DNA of 64,000 nt from Eledone cirrhosa (taxonomy: Eukaryota): assembly GCA_964016885.1 (NCBI GenBank), contig OZ024740.1, positions 207,266,001 through 207,330,000 on the forward strand, written 5' to 3'. This document shows, one piece after another, positions 22,906 through 36,750 of the stretch. Positions within the stretch are counted from its first letter, which is position 1, and every line of letters begins with the position of its first letter. The notes below the pieces were generated by a model that was not told where the DNA came from, did not search any database, and saw only the letters and a program-made list of their open reading frames with translations. Both the position numbers and the translations under genes were made by a program.

Positions 22906-23341
22906 CATCATATTTATATATATACAAATTACATGCATATATATTGTTTTCTTTATTAACCTTGAGGGTTGACATAAAGTATAATATTAAGGACACATGC
23001 ATATATATTAATCATAAAATTGTAGAGTCATATTTTTTTAATAATATATATACACATACACAAAAATTTCACTGTGGAAGTTATTAGTGAGGATTAAAGT
23101 TCTATTAGATAGATTTAAGTTAGACTTGTTTTCTAGACATTTTCTGCTATATCTTTACAGGATGTTCTAAGTTCCAAGTACAATCCATTAATCAAATGGT
23201 AAAATTATGTACAAAAGACTTATCAAGTGTGTGTGTTGATGTTCTTTCTCTTTTACTCACTGCTTCCGTCTCTTGCTCTCCTCATTTCTCACTATTATAT
23301 ACCAATGGGAACTCTCATTATTATATACCAATTTGAACTCC

Positions 23342-23461
23342 ATTCTGAGTTCAAATCCCGCTGAGGTTAACTTTGCCTTTCATCCTTACGGAGTCGATAA
23401 AATAAAGTACCAGTAATACACTGGAATAATTGCTGGCCTTGTGCCAAAAGTAGAAACAATT
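23342..23461 (+). mobile_element. Main SINE, 5'-truncated
   Basis: B box and body match 16687-16877. Confidence 0.88.
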
Positions 23462-23474
23462 ATATACCAATGGG

Positions 23475-23660
23475 AGCCCATGCCCTGCAGTCCCAGCAGA
23501 CAGAATAGAGAAGGTGTTTCCCCGGAGGATAGTGAGGGAGACGCATTGGAAGAGCCATTCCAGCTTGCGAGGCTCACACCTATGGCTAGCCGACTCTGTG
23601 CCAATGATGGTGAGTAGGGAGGTGGTCCTAGGGCCACAGACTCCAGAAGTCTCCACTCTA
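23475..23660 (-). mobile_element. CRE-like (restriction-like endonuclease) non-LTR retrotransposon C-terminal fragment
   Basis: ETSGVCGP...IIG...EPRKLEWLFQCVSLTILRGNTFSIL matches the ETxGxWG...LxQRxSxAxxRGNAxxI motif of CRE-clade elements. Confidence 0.7.
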
Positions 23661-24224
23661 AGTTAAGAGAGATTTAACTATTATCAGCAGGTTCAAGTGA
23701 CTACATAGAAACTCTTTCAAAACAAAATATAAGAATTGATCACCTCCACCACCATCATCATCATCATCCAAATCAAATCAACAAAGGCACCTCTATGCAG
23801 TCACCCACTCTGCTAGAAACAACAGTTGAATTTCCTTCAAATTGCACTCAACTCTCTTAAACAAGGTTACCTTAGATAATGTGTTTTTCCTAGATAATCT
23901 TTAAAAAATGGGATGGTCATATCTGGAATGACAATAATCCTAAGTTTATTCAATCAGGGTTGAATTGCAGCTAAACAGTAGCATCATACTTTAACCAGTA
24001 CCAATACTGAACACTGACCAAGTCCATAACCACCACCACCACCACTAGCCCTACCATCACCACAACCACCGCTACCAGCCCCACCACCACTACCATCACC
24101 ACCATACCATTTAATCACTATCAATGATTAAAATAATAATTACTCTCAACAAACAAGTCCACTCCCTCCCCCCTTCCACACAACTTAGAACAATCTTCTT
24201 CAGGTATTGATTTTGAATTACCTT

Positions 24225-25200
24225 TGGTGGTGATGGTGGAGGTTGTGGTGGTGGTGATGGAGGTTGTAGTAGTGGAGGTTGTATAGTGGTGGTGGTAGTG
24301 GTGGAGGTTGTGGTGATGGTGGTGGTGATGGAGGTTGTAGTAGTGGAGGTTGTATAGTGGTAATGGTAATGGTGGAGGTTGTGGTGATGGAGGTTGTAGT
24401 AGTGGAGGTTGTGGTGATGGAGGTTGTAGTAGTGGAGGTTGTATAGTGGTAATGGTAATGGTGGAGGTTGTGGTGATGGAGGTTGTAGTAGTGGAGGTTG
24501 TATAGTGGTGGTGGTAATGGTGGTGGTGATGGAGGTTGTGGTGATGGTGGTGGTGATGGAGGTTGTAGTAGTGGAGGTTGTATAGTGGTAATGGTAATGG
24601 TGGAGGTTGTGGTGATGGAGGTCGTAGTAGTGGAGGTTGTATAGTGGTGGTGGTAGTGGTGGAGGTTGTGGTGATGGTGGTGGTGATGGAGGTTGTAGTA
24701 GTGGAGGTTGTATAGTGGTGGTGGTAGTGGTGGAGGTTGTGGTGATGGTGGTGGTGATGGAGGTTGTAGTAGTGGAGGTTGTATAGTGGTGGTGGTAATG
24801 GTGGAGGTTGTGGTGATGGAGGTTGTAGTAGTGGAGGTTGTATAGTGGTAATGGTAATGGTGGAGGTTGTGGTGATGGAGGTTGTAGTAGTGGAGGTTGT
24901 ATAGTGGTGGTGGTAATGGTGGAGGTTGTGGTGATGGTGGTGGTGATGGAGGTTGTAGTAGTGGAGGTTGTATAGTGGTGGTGGTAATGGTGATGGTGGT
25001 GGTGATGGAGGTTGTAGTAGTGGAGGTTGTATAGTGGTGGTTGTAATGGTGGAGGTTGTGGTGATGGTGGTGGTGATGGAGGTTGTAGTAGAGGAGGTTG
25101 TATAGTGGTGGTGGTTGTAGTAGTTGAGGTTGTGTAGTGGTGATGGTGGACGCTGTGGAGTGGTGGTGGTGGTGGTTGTGGTGGTGGTATGGTGGTTGTG
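24225..25200. repeat. Trinucleotide-based minisatellite with higher-order unit ggtgatggaggttgtagtagtggaggttgtatagtg
   Basis: Direct reading. Confidence 0.92.
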
Positions 25201-25262
25201 TGTATGTGTTCACATGCATGTAGTGTGTGTATGAATGTCTGTTACAATTTGTTATAGATAGG

Positions 25263-25307
<45 letters not shown>

Positions 25308-25379
25308 GGGGACAATGAGAGGAATCACAAGACCTCACAAATATATATTAAGTTTATTGGAGAAGGAATGGTAGAGTGA

Positions 25380-28300
25380 AGGAGGGAGAGGGGCGAAAGA
25401 CTCACCAGACCATACCAGAGGGGGAGGGAGAGGGGGAGAAGACTCACCAGACCATACCAGTGGGGGGGGGGGAGAAGACTCACCAGACCATACCAGTGGG
25501 GGAGGGATAGGTGAGAAGACTCACCATACCATACCAGTGGGGAAGGGAGAGGGGGAGAAGACTCACCAGACCATACCAGTGGGGTAGGGAGAGGGGGGAG
25601 AAGACTTATCAGACCATACCAGTGAGGGGGGGGGAGGAGAGAAGACTCACCAGACCATACCAGTGGGGAAGGGAGAGGGGGGAGAAGACTCACCAGACCA
25701 TACCAGTGGGGGAGGGAGAGGGGGAGAAGACTTATCAGACCATACCAGTGAGGGGGGGGAGGAGAGAAGACTCACCAGACCATACCAGTGGGGGAGGGAG
25801 AGGGGGGAGAAGACTTATCAGACCATACCAGTGAGGGAGGGGGGAGAGAAGACTCACCAGACCATACCAGTGTGGGAGGGGGAGGAGAGAAGACTCACCA
25901 GACCATACCAGTGTGGGAGAAGACTCACCAGACCATACCAGTGGGGGAGGGAGAGGGGGGAGAAGACTCACCAGACCATACCAGAGGGGGAGGGAGAGGG
26001 GGGAGAAGACTCACCAGACCATACCAGTGGGGGGGGGGAGAAGACTCACCAGACCATACCAGTGGGGGAGGGATAGGGGAGAAGACTCACCATACCATAC
26101 CAGTGGGGAAGGGAGAGGGGGAGAAGACTCACCAGACCATACCAGTGGGGAAGGGAGAGGGGGGAGAAGACTCACCAGACCATACCAGTGGGGGAGGGAG
26201 AGGGGGGAGAAGACTTATCAGACCATACCAGTGAGGGGGGGGGGGGAGAAGACTCACCAGACCATACCAGTGAGGGGGGAGGAGAGAAGACTCACCAGAC
26301 CATACCAGTGGGGGGGGGGGGGGGGGAGAAGACTCATCAGACCATACCAGTGTGGGAGGGGGGGAGAAGACTCACCAGACCATACCAGTGGGGTAGGGAG
26401 AGAGGGGGGGAGAAGACTCACCAGACCATACCAGTGTGGGAGGGGGGAGAGAAGACTCACCAGACCATACCAGTGGGGGAGGGAGAGGGGGGAGAAGACT
26501 TATCAGACCATACCAGTGTGGGAGGGGGGGAGAAGACTCACCAGACCATACCAGTGGGGTAGGGAGAGGGGGGAGAAGACTCACCAGACCATACCAGTGA
26601 GGGGGGGGGACTCACCAGACCATACCAGTGGGGGAGGGAGAGGGGGTAGAAGACTCACCAGACCATACCAGTGTGGGAGAGGGGGAGAAGACTCACCAGA
26701 CCATACCAGTGTGGGAGAGGGGGAGAAGACTCACCAGACCATACCAGTGAGGGGGGGGAGAGAAGACTCACCAGACCATACCAGTGGGGGAGGGAGAGGA
26801 GGGAGAAGACTTATCAGACCATACCAGTGTGGGAGGGGGGGAGAAGACTCACCAGACCATACCAGTGGGGGAAGGAGAGGGGGGAGAAGACTTATCAGAC
26901 CATACCAGTGAGGGGGGGAGAGAAGACTCACCAGACCATACCAGTGGGGGATGGAGAGGGGGGAGAAGACTTATCAGACCATACCAGTGAGGGGGGGGGG
27001 GGGGAGAAGACTCACCAGACCATACCAGTGGGGGAGGGAGAAGGGGGAGAAGACTTATCAGACCATACCAGTGTGGGAGGGGGGGAGAAGACTCACCAGA
27101 CCATACCAGTGGGGGAGGGGGAGGGGGGGGGAGAAGACTCACCAGACCATACCAGTGGGGGAGGGAGAGGGGGGAGAAGACTTATCAAACCATACCAGTG
27201 AGGGGGGGGGGAGAAGACTCACCAGACCATACCAGTGGGGGAGGGAGAGGGGGGAGAAGACTTATCAAACCATACCAGTGAGGGGGGGGTGGAGAAGACT
27301 CACCAGACCATACCAGTGGGGGAGGGAGAGGGGGGAGAAGACTTATCAGACCATACCAGTGAGGGGGGGGAAAGACTCACCAGACCATACCAGTGGGGGA
27401 GGGAGAGGGGGGAGAAGACTTATCAAACCATACCAGTGAGGGGGGGGGAGAAGACTCACCAGACCATACCAGTGGGGGAGGGAGAGGGGGGAGAAGACTT
27501 ATCAGACCATACCAGTGAGGGGGTGGAGAAGACTCACCAGACCATACCAGTGGGGGAGGGAGAGGGGGGAGAAGACTTATCAGACCATACCAGTGAGGGG
27601 GGGGGAAAGACTCACCAGACCATACCAGTGGGGGAGGGAGAGGGGGGAGAAGACTTATCAGACCATACCAGTGAGGGGGGGGGAGAAGACTCACCAGACC
27701 ATACCAGTGGGGGAGGGAGAGGGGGGAGAAGACTTATCAGACCATACCAGTGAGGGGGGGGGGAGAAGACTCACCAGACCATACCAGTGGGGTAGGGAGA
27801 GAGGGGAGAAGACTTATCAGACCATACCAGTGAGGGGGGGGGAGAAGACTCACCAGACCATACCAGTGGGGGAGGGAGAGGGGGGGAGAAGACTCACCAG
27901 ACCATACCAGTGGGGGAGGGAGAGGGGGGAGAAGACTTATCAGACCATACCAGTGAGGGGGGGGGGGGGACTCACCAGACCATACCAGTGGGGGAGGGAG
28001 AGGGGGGAGAAGACTCACCAGACCATACCAGTGAGGGGGGGGGGGGCTCACCAGACCATACCAGTGGGGGAGGGAGAGGGGGGAGAAGACTTATCAGACC
28101 ATACCAGTGAGGGGGGGGAGAAGACTCACCAGACCATACCAGTGGGGGAGGGAGAGGGGGGAGAAGACTCACCAGACCATACCAGTGAGGGGGGGGGGGA
28201 GAAGACTCACCAGACCATACCAGTGGGGGAGGGAGAGGGGGGAGAAGACTCACCAGACCATACCAGTACGGGGGGGGGAGAAGACTCACCAGACCATACC

Positions 28301-28931
28301 AGTGGGGGAGGGAGAGGGGGGGGAGAAGACTCACCAGACCATACCAGTGAGGGGGGGGAGAAGACTCACCAGACCATACCAGTGTGGGAGGAGGGGGGGA
28401 GAAGACTCACCATACCATACCAGTGTGGGAGGGGGGAGAAGACTCACCAGACCATACCAGTGTGGGAGGGGGGGAGAAGACTCACCAGACCATACCAGTG
28501 GGGGAGGGAGAGGGGGGAGAAGACTTATCAGACCATACCAGTGAGGGGGGGAGAGAAGACCCACCAGACCATACCAGTGGGGGAGGGAGAGGGGGGAGAA
28601 GACTTATCAGACCATACCAGTGAGGGGGGGGGGAGAAGACTCACCAGACCATACCAGTGAGGGGGGGGGAGGAGAGAAGACTTATCAGACCATACCAGTG
28701 AGGGGAGGGGGGAGGAGAGAAGACTCACCAGACCATACCAGTGTGGGAGGGGGGGAGAAGACTCACCAGACCATACCAGTGTGGGAGGGGGGGGAGAAGA
28801 CTCACCAGACCATACCAGTGTGGGAGGGGGGGAGAAGACTCACCAGACCATACCAGTGAGAGGGGGGGGAGGAGAAGACTCACCAGACCATACCAGTGAG
28901 GGAGGGAGAAAGAAGGGGTTCACCAGATCAT
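25380..28931. repeat. ~3.5-kb minisatellite: constant core gaagact(c/t)a(c/t)cagaccataccagtg with variable G/A linkers
   Basis: The core recurs every ~30-45 bp. Linkers are G-runs only. Confidence 0.97.
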
Positions 28932-29014
28932 AACCCAACTCAATCAAGTCTACCAATCTACCACTCTAATAACAATGGGTTAAGAAGGGTGTATTAATAA
29001 GGATTTTTGACTTA

Positions 29015-29556
29015 GACACAAGGCCAACAATTTTAGGGTGCGGGGAGTCGATTAAATCGACCCTAGTATGTTAGTGGTGCTTTATTTTATCGACCCCATA
29101 AAGCAAAGCTAACCTCGGCGGGATTTGAACTCAGATCATAAAGGGCCATAACTCTATGCTGCAAAGCATATACGACGCTCTGCCGATAATGCCAATCTGC
29201 TGCCCTAATAATAATTGTTTCTACTTTTGGCACAAGGCCAGCAATTACCCAGTGCATTACTGGTACTTTATTTTATCGACCCCATAAGGATGAAAGGCAA
29301 AGTTAACATCAGCGGGATTTGAACTCAGAATGGCAAGGGCCGTAACTCTATGCATCAAAGCATGGCATCCGACCCTCTACCAATACTGCCAATCCACTGC
29401 CCTAATAATAATAATAATAATTGTTTCTACTTTAGGCACAAGGCCAGCAATTACCCAGTGCATTACTGGTACTTTTATTTTATCGACCCCGTAAGGATGA
29501 AAGGCAAAGTCAACCTCGGCGGGATTTGAACTCAGATCGTAAAGGGACGTAACTAT
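29015..29556 (-). mobile_element. Three main-family SINE copies in tandem (about 29015-29206, 29213-29402, 29420-29556)
   Basis: Reverse-complement matches to 16687-16877, separated by (AAT)n. Confidence 0.88.
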
Positions 29557-30262
29557 AATAATAATAATAATCACTGTTACGTCACACTCACTGGAAACAA
29601 CATTTACAACAGCAATTCACTGCTGTAAGAAGTGGGAGTACTCTAGGATTGACAAGTGTTCCATTAGCAGATCCTTCAATGTGTATTGGTTTTTGTAGTA
29701 GTTTGACTTCACTTTTCTTCAATATTTTATGGAATCGAAGTTCCTCACTCCCTCCCAACCTAACTCACTTACCAATGCTTCAGTAAATAAAGAAAGAATT
29801 AAAAACGGGAACCTGACACCCCCCTCCACATTCTCTCTCTCATGTCTTAGTCAGAAATACAATCATTATTGATCTCTTCTCACCTCCTTCAAGAATTAAT
29901 GATGTTCTTTTAGTTTTAAATTCATAGTCTTAATGGTGGAGGTGGTGGGGCTGTAGTGGGGATAACAGAGTTGTGGTGGAGAATGGGATGGTGGGATTTT
30001 GTAGTGTTGGTTGCAATGTTAGGAGAGCCTGATGGTGTTAATGATGTGGTGCTGGTATTGGTAGTATAGTGGTGGTGGTAGTGTAGTTGTGGTGGTGGTG
30101 TTGGTAGTATAGTGGTAGTTGTACTAATGACGATGGTGATAGTGTTAGTAGTGATGATGTGGTGGTTGTACTAATGTTGATGATGGTGGTGGTGGTGGTG
30201 ATGTGGCTGTGATGGTAGCAGTAGTGATGATGATGATGGTGATTGTGATAGTGGTGTTCCTG

Positions 30263-30378
30263 TTTGCCTTTCATCCTTATGGGGTTGATAAAATAAAGTA
30301 CCAGTAATGCACTGGGATTGATTTAATAGACTTCCTCTCCCTCGAAAATTGTTGGCCTTATGCCTAAATCAGAAACCA
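30263..30378 (+). mobile_element. Main SINE 3' half
   Basis: tttgcctttcatccttatggggttgataaaataaagtaccag. Confidence 0.8.
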
Positions 30379-30607
30379 TTTTTTTAATTAATAAGGATAG
30401 TAGATCATCAAAAGGTATTATGCTCTTGGTGATTTATGTGTACCAAGTGGCCTGGATCTCTGGAAAGGCATCCAAGCAATCAAAATTATCCATTATTTAA
30501 ATGTCCTTTTCATTGTTAAAATGGCAGCCATATGTAGAACAGACACAAAACATGAAATATTCACATGTAGAAACAGCGGTGAACAAAGGAGAAAAGACAG
30601 TGTGATA

Positions 30608-30751
30608 CACTGAACAGCAGTTAACAAATGAGAAAAGACTGATCCACTGAACAGCAGTTAACAAATGAGAAAAGACTGATCCACTGAACAGCAGTTAACA
30701 AATGAGAAAAGACTGATCCACTGAACAGCAGTTAACAAATGAGAAAAGACT
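30608..30751. repeat. 37-bp tandem repeat, about 4 copies
   Basis: cactgaacagcagttaacaaatgagaaaagactgatc. Confidence 0.95.
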
Positions 30752-30917
30752 TAATAATAGAGGCAATAAAAGTCACTTTATTATATGACACTGAACTTCT
30801 TTAGGTTATTGTTAACTAGATTAAACAGTCAGAGGTGTATTTAGATCCCCTAAACACTCAACAGTGAATGTATACCCTGATAATATTCATTAGTGATTCT
30901 CATTATTATAATGAGGC

Positions 30918-31073
30918 TCGGTAGAGTGTTGGACAAAATGCGTTGTGGCATATAATTATGTTCCTTTATGTTCTGAGTTTAAATCCTGCCATAGTTAGCT
31001 TTGCCTTTCATCCTTACTGATCAGAAAAACAGCAATCCTTCAAATTGCTGGCCTTTTGCCAAAAGTAGAAATT
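30918..31073 (+). mobile_element. Main SINE, decayed
   Basis: ctgagtttaaatcctgcc...tttgcctttcatcc...gccaaaagtagaaa. Confidence 0.75.
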
Positions 31074-31477
31074 ATTATATAATGAGGCTCTTCATAATAG
31101 TGGTTATACTGATAAAGAGCTCAAGAAATATTTCATAATCCAGTTGAGAGAGAGAGAACCATTATAAAAAGCAAAATGAATGCTTCACCTTCGATGGAGG
31201 GATGACACAAGAAGACAAGAAGATAATCAAGTCTTCAGTTTAACCCTTTAGAGACAAAACTGCCTCAAGCCACCTCTGACTCAATAATACAAAGTTGTTT
31301 ATTTTAAAAGTATTTATATTAATCTAAGAGGATGTTAATTAGTATTAGGTGGGGGAGACTGACCTCATTAAAGAGATAAAGGACTGGGATGACTGGTGAC
31401 ATGTGATTCAATAACCTATAATAATAGCAGTTCTATGTCTCTTTCTTCTTGACATCAGTAAGAGTACTGCTCTGGCT

Positions 31478-31570
31478 CTCCGTTCCGAGTTTAAATTCTG
31501 CTGAGGTCAACTTTGCCTTTCATCCCTGGAGGTCGATAAAAAAATTACCAGTCTATTACTGGGATCGATT
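31478..31570 (+). mobile_element. Main SINE fragment
   Basis: gaggtcaactttgcctttcatcc...gtcgataaaa. Confidence 0.75.
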
Positions 31571-32859
31571 CTTCCTCTATATCACTTTCTCATTTCCTCT
31601 CTCTCCCTTTCTATCTTTCTCTGAAAGAAATCTACTGTACTCAGGCCTGGAAAGTGATGGGCTCCACCAGGCTTAACATGCCCAAGAAACGTTGTATATC
31701 AATATGTCGCACTTACGATTCTATCAGGAGTTACGGGACCATACATACAAGAGTACTGCCATGTATGACCATCACTTCTCTTACAAGACATTTCAGTTCT
31801 CAGTTTTTGTTTTCAGAAACACCTTATGCCATTCATCTTCACACAGCAGAGCATCAGCAAAACTATTTCTGTTTCTTTCCATATCAAGTATATCTTTATG
31901 CCTGGACAGACACACACAGAGAACACAGGTTTTATTTTTCAAAGGAAAGTGGCAGTGACTTCAGAGAGTAGAAGATGATGATGATGAAGATAACACACAT
32001 ACACATATACACATCCCAACACTGGGTTGGGGGTGGGGAGTGAGCAGTTAAAATGTACCAATTGACCTTTCTGTTTGGTTTCTGTGATTCAGAAAGAAAG
32101 AAAAACTATTATATAACTATCAACAACTAATGAAAGTCTGAAAATGATGAAAGGGGTGGGCGTTCTTATAACTGTCACAACAGGAAGTTGTACTGTAATC
32201 CCTTCTTTGCAGATAGCCCCCCCCCCCCCATCTCCTTACTTCCACATGGTGTCACATCTATAAATCATGTATGTATTTATTGACTCATTATTTCAATGAC
32301 AACTTGCTTCCTTTGAAACAGCTACAGACTTTGGCCTGCTATGAATAGCATCCAAATTTCCTCAAATCACCAGTCATAGACGAGACAAAAACTGTTTGAC
32401 AAAACTCCATCAGTCAGCAATTCTCAGACACTAGATGAGTGCATGCAGAACGGTGTTATCGCTCTGCATGTATCTCTGATAGCACTTCCATGCCTGTAGA
32501 GTTTGTCTAGAATCGACAGTACCCTGGATGCACAGCTAGGCCAGGTTTTTCTGCAAATTGTCCAGCAGTCCCACTGTAGTGTATCATTGGTTAGCCTTTG
32601 ATTTTGGGGTCAAAACTTAATTCTTAAAACAATTATTTCATTTTACTGACACCTTCATTCCTAGCTGAGGCTCTGTAAAGGAAGATCATATTTATTGCAC
32701 TTCCTCCTCTCAATCGCTCTGATCGATCGACAAAATCACAGACCTCATTCACTTGCCGAGTGGGGTGGATCTCATCAAATCGAACCAGAGAAATAATGTT
32801 TCCATTGGTCATTCCATTGCTAATACCATCTACTGGTCGCAACTCCTGGAAGAAGGAGC

Positions 32860-32968
32860 AACGTGAAATAAAGTGTCTTGCTCAAGGACAACGCATCACC
32901 TGGTCCGAGAATTGAACTTGCAGCCTCACGATTGTGAATCCAATTCTCTAACCACTAAGCCATGTGCC
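32860..32968 (-). mobile_element. tRNA-derived SINE head (second family)
   Basis: Minus strand ggcacatggcttagtggttaga...gttcaattctcgg...gtccttgagcaagacacttta, with A and B boxes. Confidence 0.7.
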
Positions 32969-33768
32969 AAAAAAACATTAAATAAATATAAAAATAATAA
33001 AAGAGAGTATTTACCAGATTGTCATGTGTTTCATCGATATCTATAACTTCTTCATTATCCGCAGCATGGTTCAACTGAAATATAAAATATAGAAGTGTTA
33101 GACAGGTGTGTAGAGTATAGACAGGTGTGTAGAGCATAGACAGGTGTGTAGAGTTCATAAAGACAAACTGTTGATGGAAGGGCCTTTACTGCAGCCTGGT
33201 TATTGAACTGATCAGCAGTGAAGGGACATTCGTTGAGGCAGTTAATGAGACCTGGAGTTTAACCCTTTAGCATTTAAACCAGCCATACCTGGCCAAAATT
33301 CTCTCATACCTTTCTGTTCAAAATAAATATCAAAATCTCATAGATGCCAAACACATTTACAGTGTGTGCTGGGTGCATTTTGTCATATCACCTACACAAC
33401 CACTTTACAGCGTGGATGTATTATTTACTATAAATTCTCACATTGGATAATATAGTGAAACATATCAAGAGGTTGCTTAGCCGACCTAGGGTTAAACAAC
33501 AACAACTTATTACCAGCAGTTCATTCAACCTGCTAGAAATATCAGCCAAATCTCCCTAGCACCTTAAGAAATAAAAGACATACAGTACAGTAACAGCAGT
33601 GTGCAATGCATCATGGGAAAGTGTATTGAGTTAAAAGAGAAAAAAATGAACAAATGAATGATATTTTATTATTTTTTATCAATTATATATTTTGTTTTTC
33701 TCCCCTTTTCTTTGGTGCAAAATTTGGTGAGGGTTAGGGGGGGCATTCCTGAATGTTGATCTCTAATA

Positions 33769-33810
<42 letters not shown>

Positions 33811-34874
33811 TATTGGCTGACTGACTGCCTGTCAAACATACTAGAACTAAACTGATTTTTGAAAAACATTGTTTTGGGTTGTGGTGGAGATGATGGTGAT
33901 GGTGGTGGAGGTGATGTTAGTGGAGGTGATGGTGGAGGTGGTGGTGGAAGTAATGGTGGTGGTGGTAGAGGTGAATTTACAGATTCTCTTTAATCACATA
34001 GGGAGTTAGGGAGTGGTGGTAGTGGTGGTGGTGGTAGTAGTAGTAGTAGTAGTGGTGGTGGTGGTGGTGGTAGTAGTAGTAGTAATAGTAGTAGTGCCAG
34101 GGGGAGCTGTGACAAAAATGTAGTAGTGATAGTGGTGGGGGATAGTGGCAGGATGAGGTGGCGTGGTGGGAGTAAAGGTGTAATGAGGGGGTGGTAATGG
34201 TGGTGTGGTAGGTGATGGTGGTGCAGTGTGGCGGTGGAGGTGACAGTGGTGGGGTAGGTAATAATGATAGCTGCATTTGGTGGCAGCAACAGGCAATTGC
34301 AGTGCATGAGGTGATGGTGGTGGGGCAGAGAGGGAGAGAGAGAGGGAGAATGAAAGAGAGAAAGCGAGAAGGAGAGAGCAAGGGGGATGGAGAGAGTAGG
34401 AGAGGGAGGGAGAGAGCGCATGAGGGAGGGAGAGCAATGGTAGTGTGTGGGTAATTCTTGTAGTGTAAAATCTAACAGTATCTCCATTTCTCAACCAGCC
34501 CTGTACTGCAGGTGTGCCCTGTACTTTTATAAAGTTGTGTTAGCACAATGTAACACAATAATATATTTTAATCAATCACCACTTTTCAGCCTCCATTGAT
34601 GAGAGGAATGTACAATGATAGAGTTAGGGGAGATAACTAACATCTTCAAAATAAAAGGATTGATTTCAGATAGAGAAATCTCAATGAATTGAAATGGGAA
34701 ATAGATATGTGATTTGTGTGGTGCTGATATTTTACAGAAAGGGAGATAATTCTACATATGTTTCTGTATTAATAGACCTCTTCAGAAATACATTGTTTTT
34801 ACCATTTGGAGTGTTATAGTGAAGTAGAAAAAGTATAACAGTCAAACACATACACACACACACACACATCTTTT

Positions 34875-35345
34875 TTACTAGCTGCGGTCATGCTGGGGCT
34901 CTGCCATTCACCCACGTATTCCTGAAAGAGTCGTGGAGGTAGAGTACTCAAACACTCCTTCCAGCAGGTCTCCAACTGATCCTGCTGGATCTGTAAGCGA
35001 GACCAGTCAAGCTCATGGATGTTATCCAACCATCTTGGTCAGGGTCTACCTCTGTGTCTCCTTCCGGTTGGCATTGCCTGTTAAATCTGTCCAGCGATTC
35101 TTTCCTGAGACATTCTAACCACATGTCCATAGTATCGGAGATGTGATCTCTCAATTTGGAGAAGTAGTGGCTCTACTGGAGCGATTCTCTGATCTCTGAG
35201 TTATGCACCCTATCGAATAATGTTACTCTAAAAAACCCTTAGAGGAACCCCATTTCGGCCACTTGTATTCACGATCGTATTATTTTGGTCATTACCCAAG
35301 ATTCATGACCATAGGTAAGGGCTGGCACAAATACTTAATTAAAGA
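34875..35345 (-). mobile_element. RTE-clade LINE 3' fragment, decayed
   Basis: Frames read ..PRWLDNIHELDWSRLQIQ..WKECLSTLPPR, resembling RTE/Expander C-termini. Confidence 0.55.
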
Positions 35346-35511
35346 TAGTGAATTATTGAAATATATTTCAATAATCACACACACATGCACACACATATGT
35401 ATGTATACACACACATATCGATCAAGAATATGTTTTTTATTTGTAAAAACCGATTAGCGAGAAAAGATAAAAGCCTCACACTTATAGTGATAATAAATAA
35501 TATAATATAAT

Positions 35512-35710
35512 ATCATCATCATCATCATCACCACCATTTAATGTCCATTTTCCATGCTAGGACGGGTTGTCCCATATGAGGCAACTTGGGTCAGGTGACT
35601 GTGTTTTGCTTATACAGAACTGTTTCCAGTTTGGTTTCTATGGCTAGATGCCCTTCCTAACACCAAGCACATTTATAGTGTGGCTGGGTGTTTTTTATCA
35701 TGACACCTAC
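35512..35710 (-). mobile_element. SINE with RTE-like tail
   Basis: Homologous to 905-1060, with a (CAT)n tail. Confidence 0.55.
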
Positions 35711-36119
35711 ATGATCACTTTACAGTGTGAGCTTGGTAAAGTGATTGTGTCACAACATATATACCAATAATATATAGAACTATATATACAGAGTGAGGAA
35801 GACTTAGCAATTAGAGAGAGAGAGAGAGAGAGAGAGAGGGGATAAATATAAAAACATAGTTTAGAAATATAGAAAAAAAATAGAAGGGGATATAGGTGTT
35901 TACAAATACAGAGAGAGAGAAATAGAAAGAGATGCAAAAAGAGCAATAGACATAGAGAGGTAGCTTATGTATCTGGTGGACAGTTAATGAACAACATTGG
36001 TACATGTGAGGGGGGGGGGTACAAAGTTAATGACTAGCTTCACTGCCAGAGGAGTAGAAATCAATAAATTGTGTTAACAGTGTGAAAGGAAGTCATAGTC
36101 TTGCAACCCTAGTTAATGG

Positions 36120-36435
36120 TTAGCCTTGTTACTAAAGAAGTTAATAGAGAGCTTCATTACCAGAGTAGGAGTGAATATAGCCTTATTACCAGAGTAGGAG
36201 TTAATGGCCTTGTTACCAGAGTATAAGGTAATTTTAGCTTTGTTACCAGAGTAGGAGTGAATATATAGCCTTGTTATTAAAGTAGAAAGTAATATATAGC
36301 CCTATTACCAGAATAGGAGTGAATATATAGCCTCATTACCAGAGTAGAAGATAATATATAGCCTCGTTACCAGAGTAGAAGGTAATATATAGCCTCATTA
36401 CCAGAGTAGAAGGTAATATATAGCCTTGTTACCAA
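36120..36435. repeat. ~30-bp degenerate tandem repeat
   Basis: gcct(t/c)(g/a)ttaccagagtag(g/a)ag..aatatata, about 10 copies. Confidence 0.88.
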
Positions 36436-36596
36436 GTATATTTACAGATTGACGGCCTGTGATTAAAAATGAAGTGAGTGCCAAATAAAAATTGTTCCAG
36501 TTCTCTAGTAAACCAAACTAATCTATACACTTCACACAAACATTTGGTAAATTTTGTAGCATTTGTGAGTTTTATATCGAATAATAATAATATTTG

Positions 36597-36750
36597 ATTC
36601 ATTTGCAGGCAAACAGTCTCAATAGGCCATGTTTTATAGATGACCATCGCCATCCTTTTGTTCTAGTGGTGACAGAGAGAAACAATTGACGATGGTGATT
36701 GTCATCTAAAAAACATAACGTAATGAGGTTGTGTGCTTGCAAATGAATTG
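36597..36750. repeat. Imperfect inverted repeat (old MITE-like)
   Basis: attcatttgcaggca...atgttttatagatgaccatcgccatc versus gatggtgattgtcatctaaaaaacat...tgcttgcaaatgaat. Confidence 0.65.

Noticed and set aside
24218-25315. 365-aa Thr/Pro/His-rich ORF
   Set aside because: Translation of a trinucleotide-derived repeat. The same applies to the ORFs at 15262-15798 and 33977-34494.
25325-28859. Long ORFs (up to 381 aa) in the minisatellite
   Set aside because: Several frames on both strands are open simply because the unit has few stops. No coding signature.
25380-28931. CRISPR-like array (constant repeat with variable spacers)
   Set aside because: Spacers are short, low-complexity G/A runs that recur. 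No cas genes, and the context is eukaryotic.
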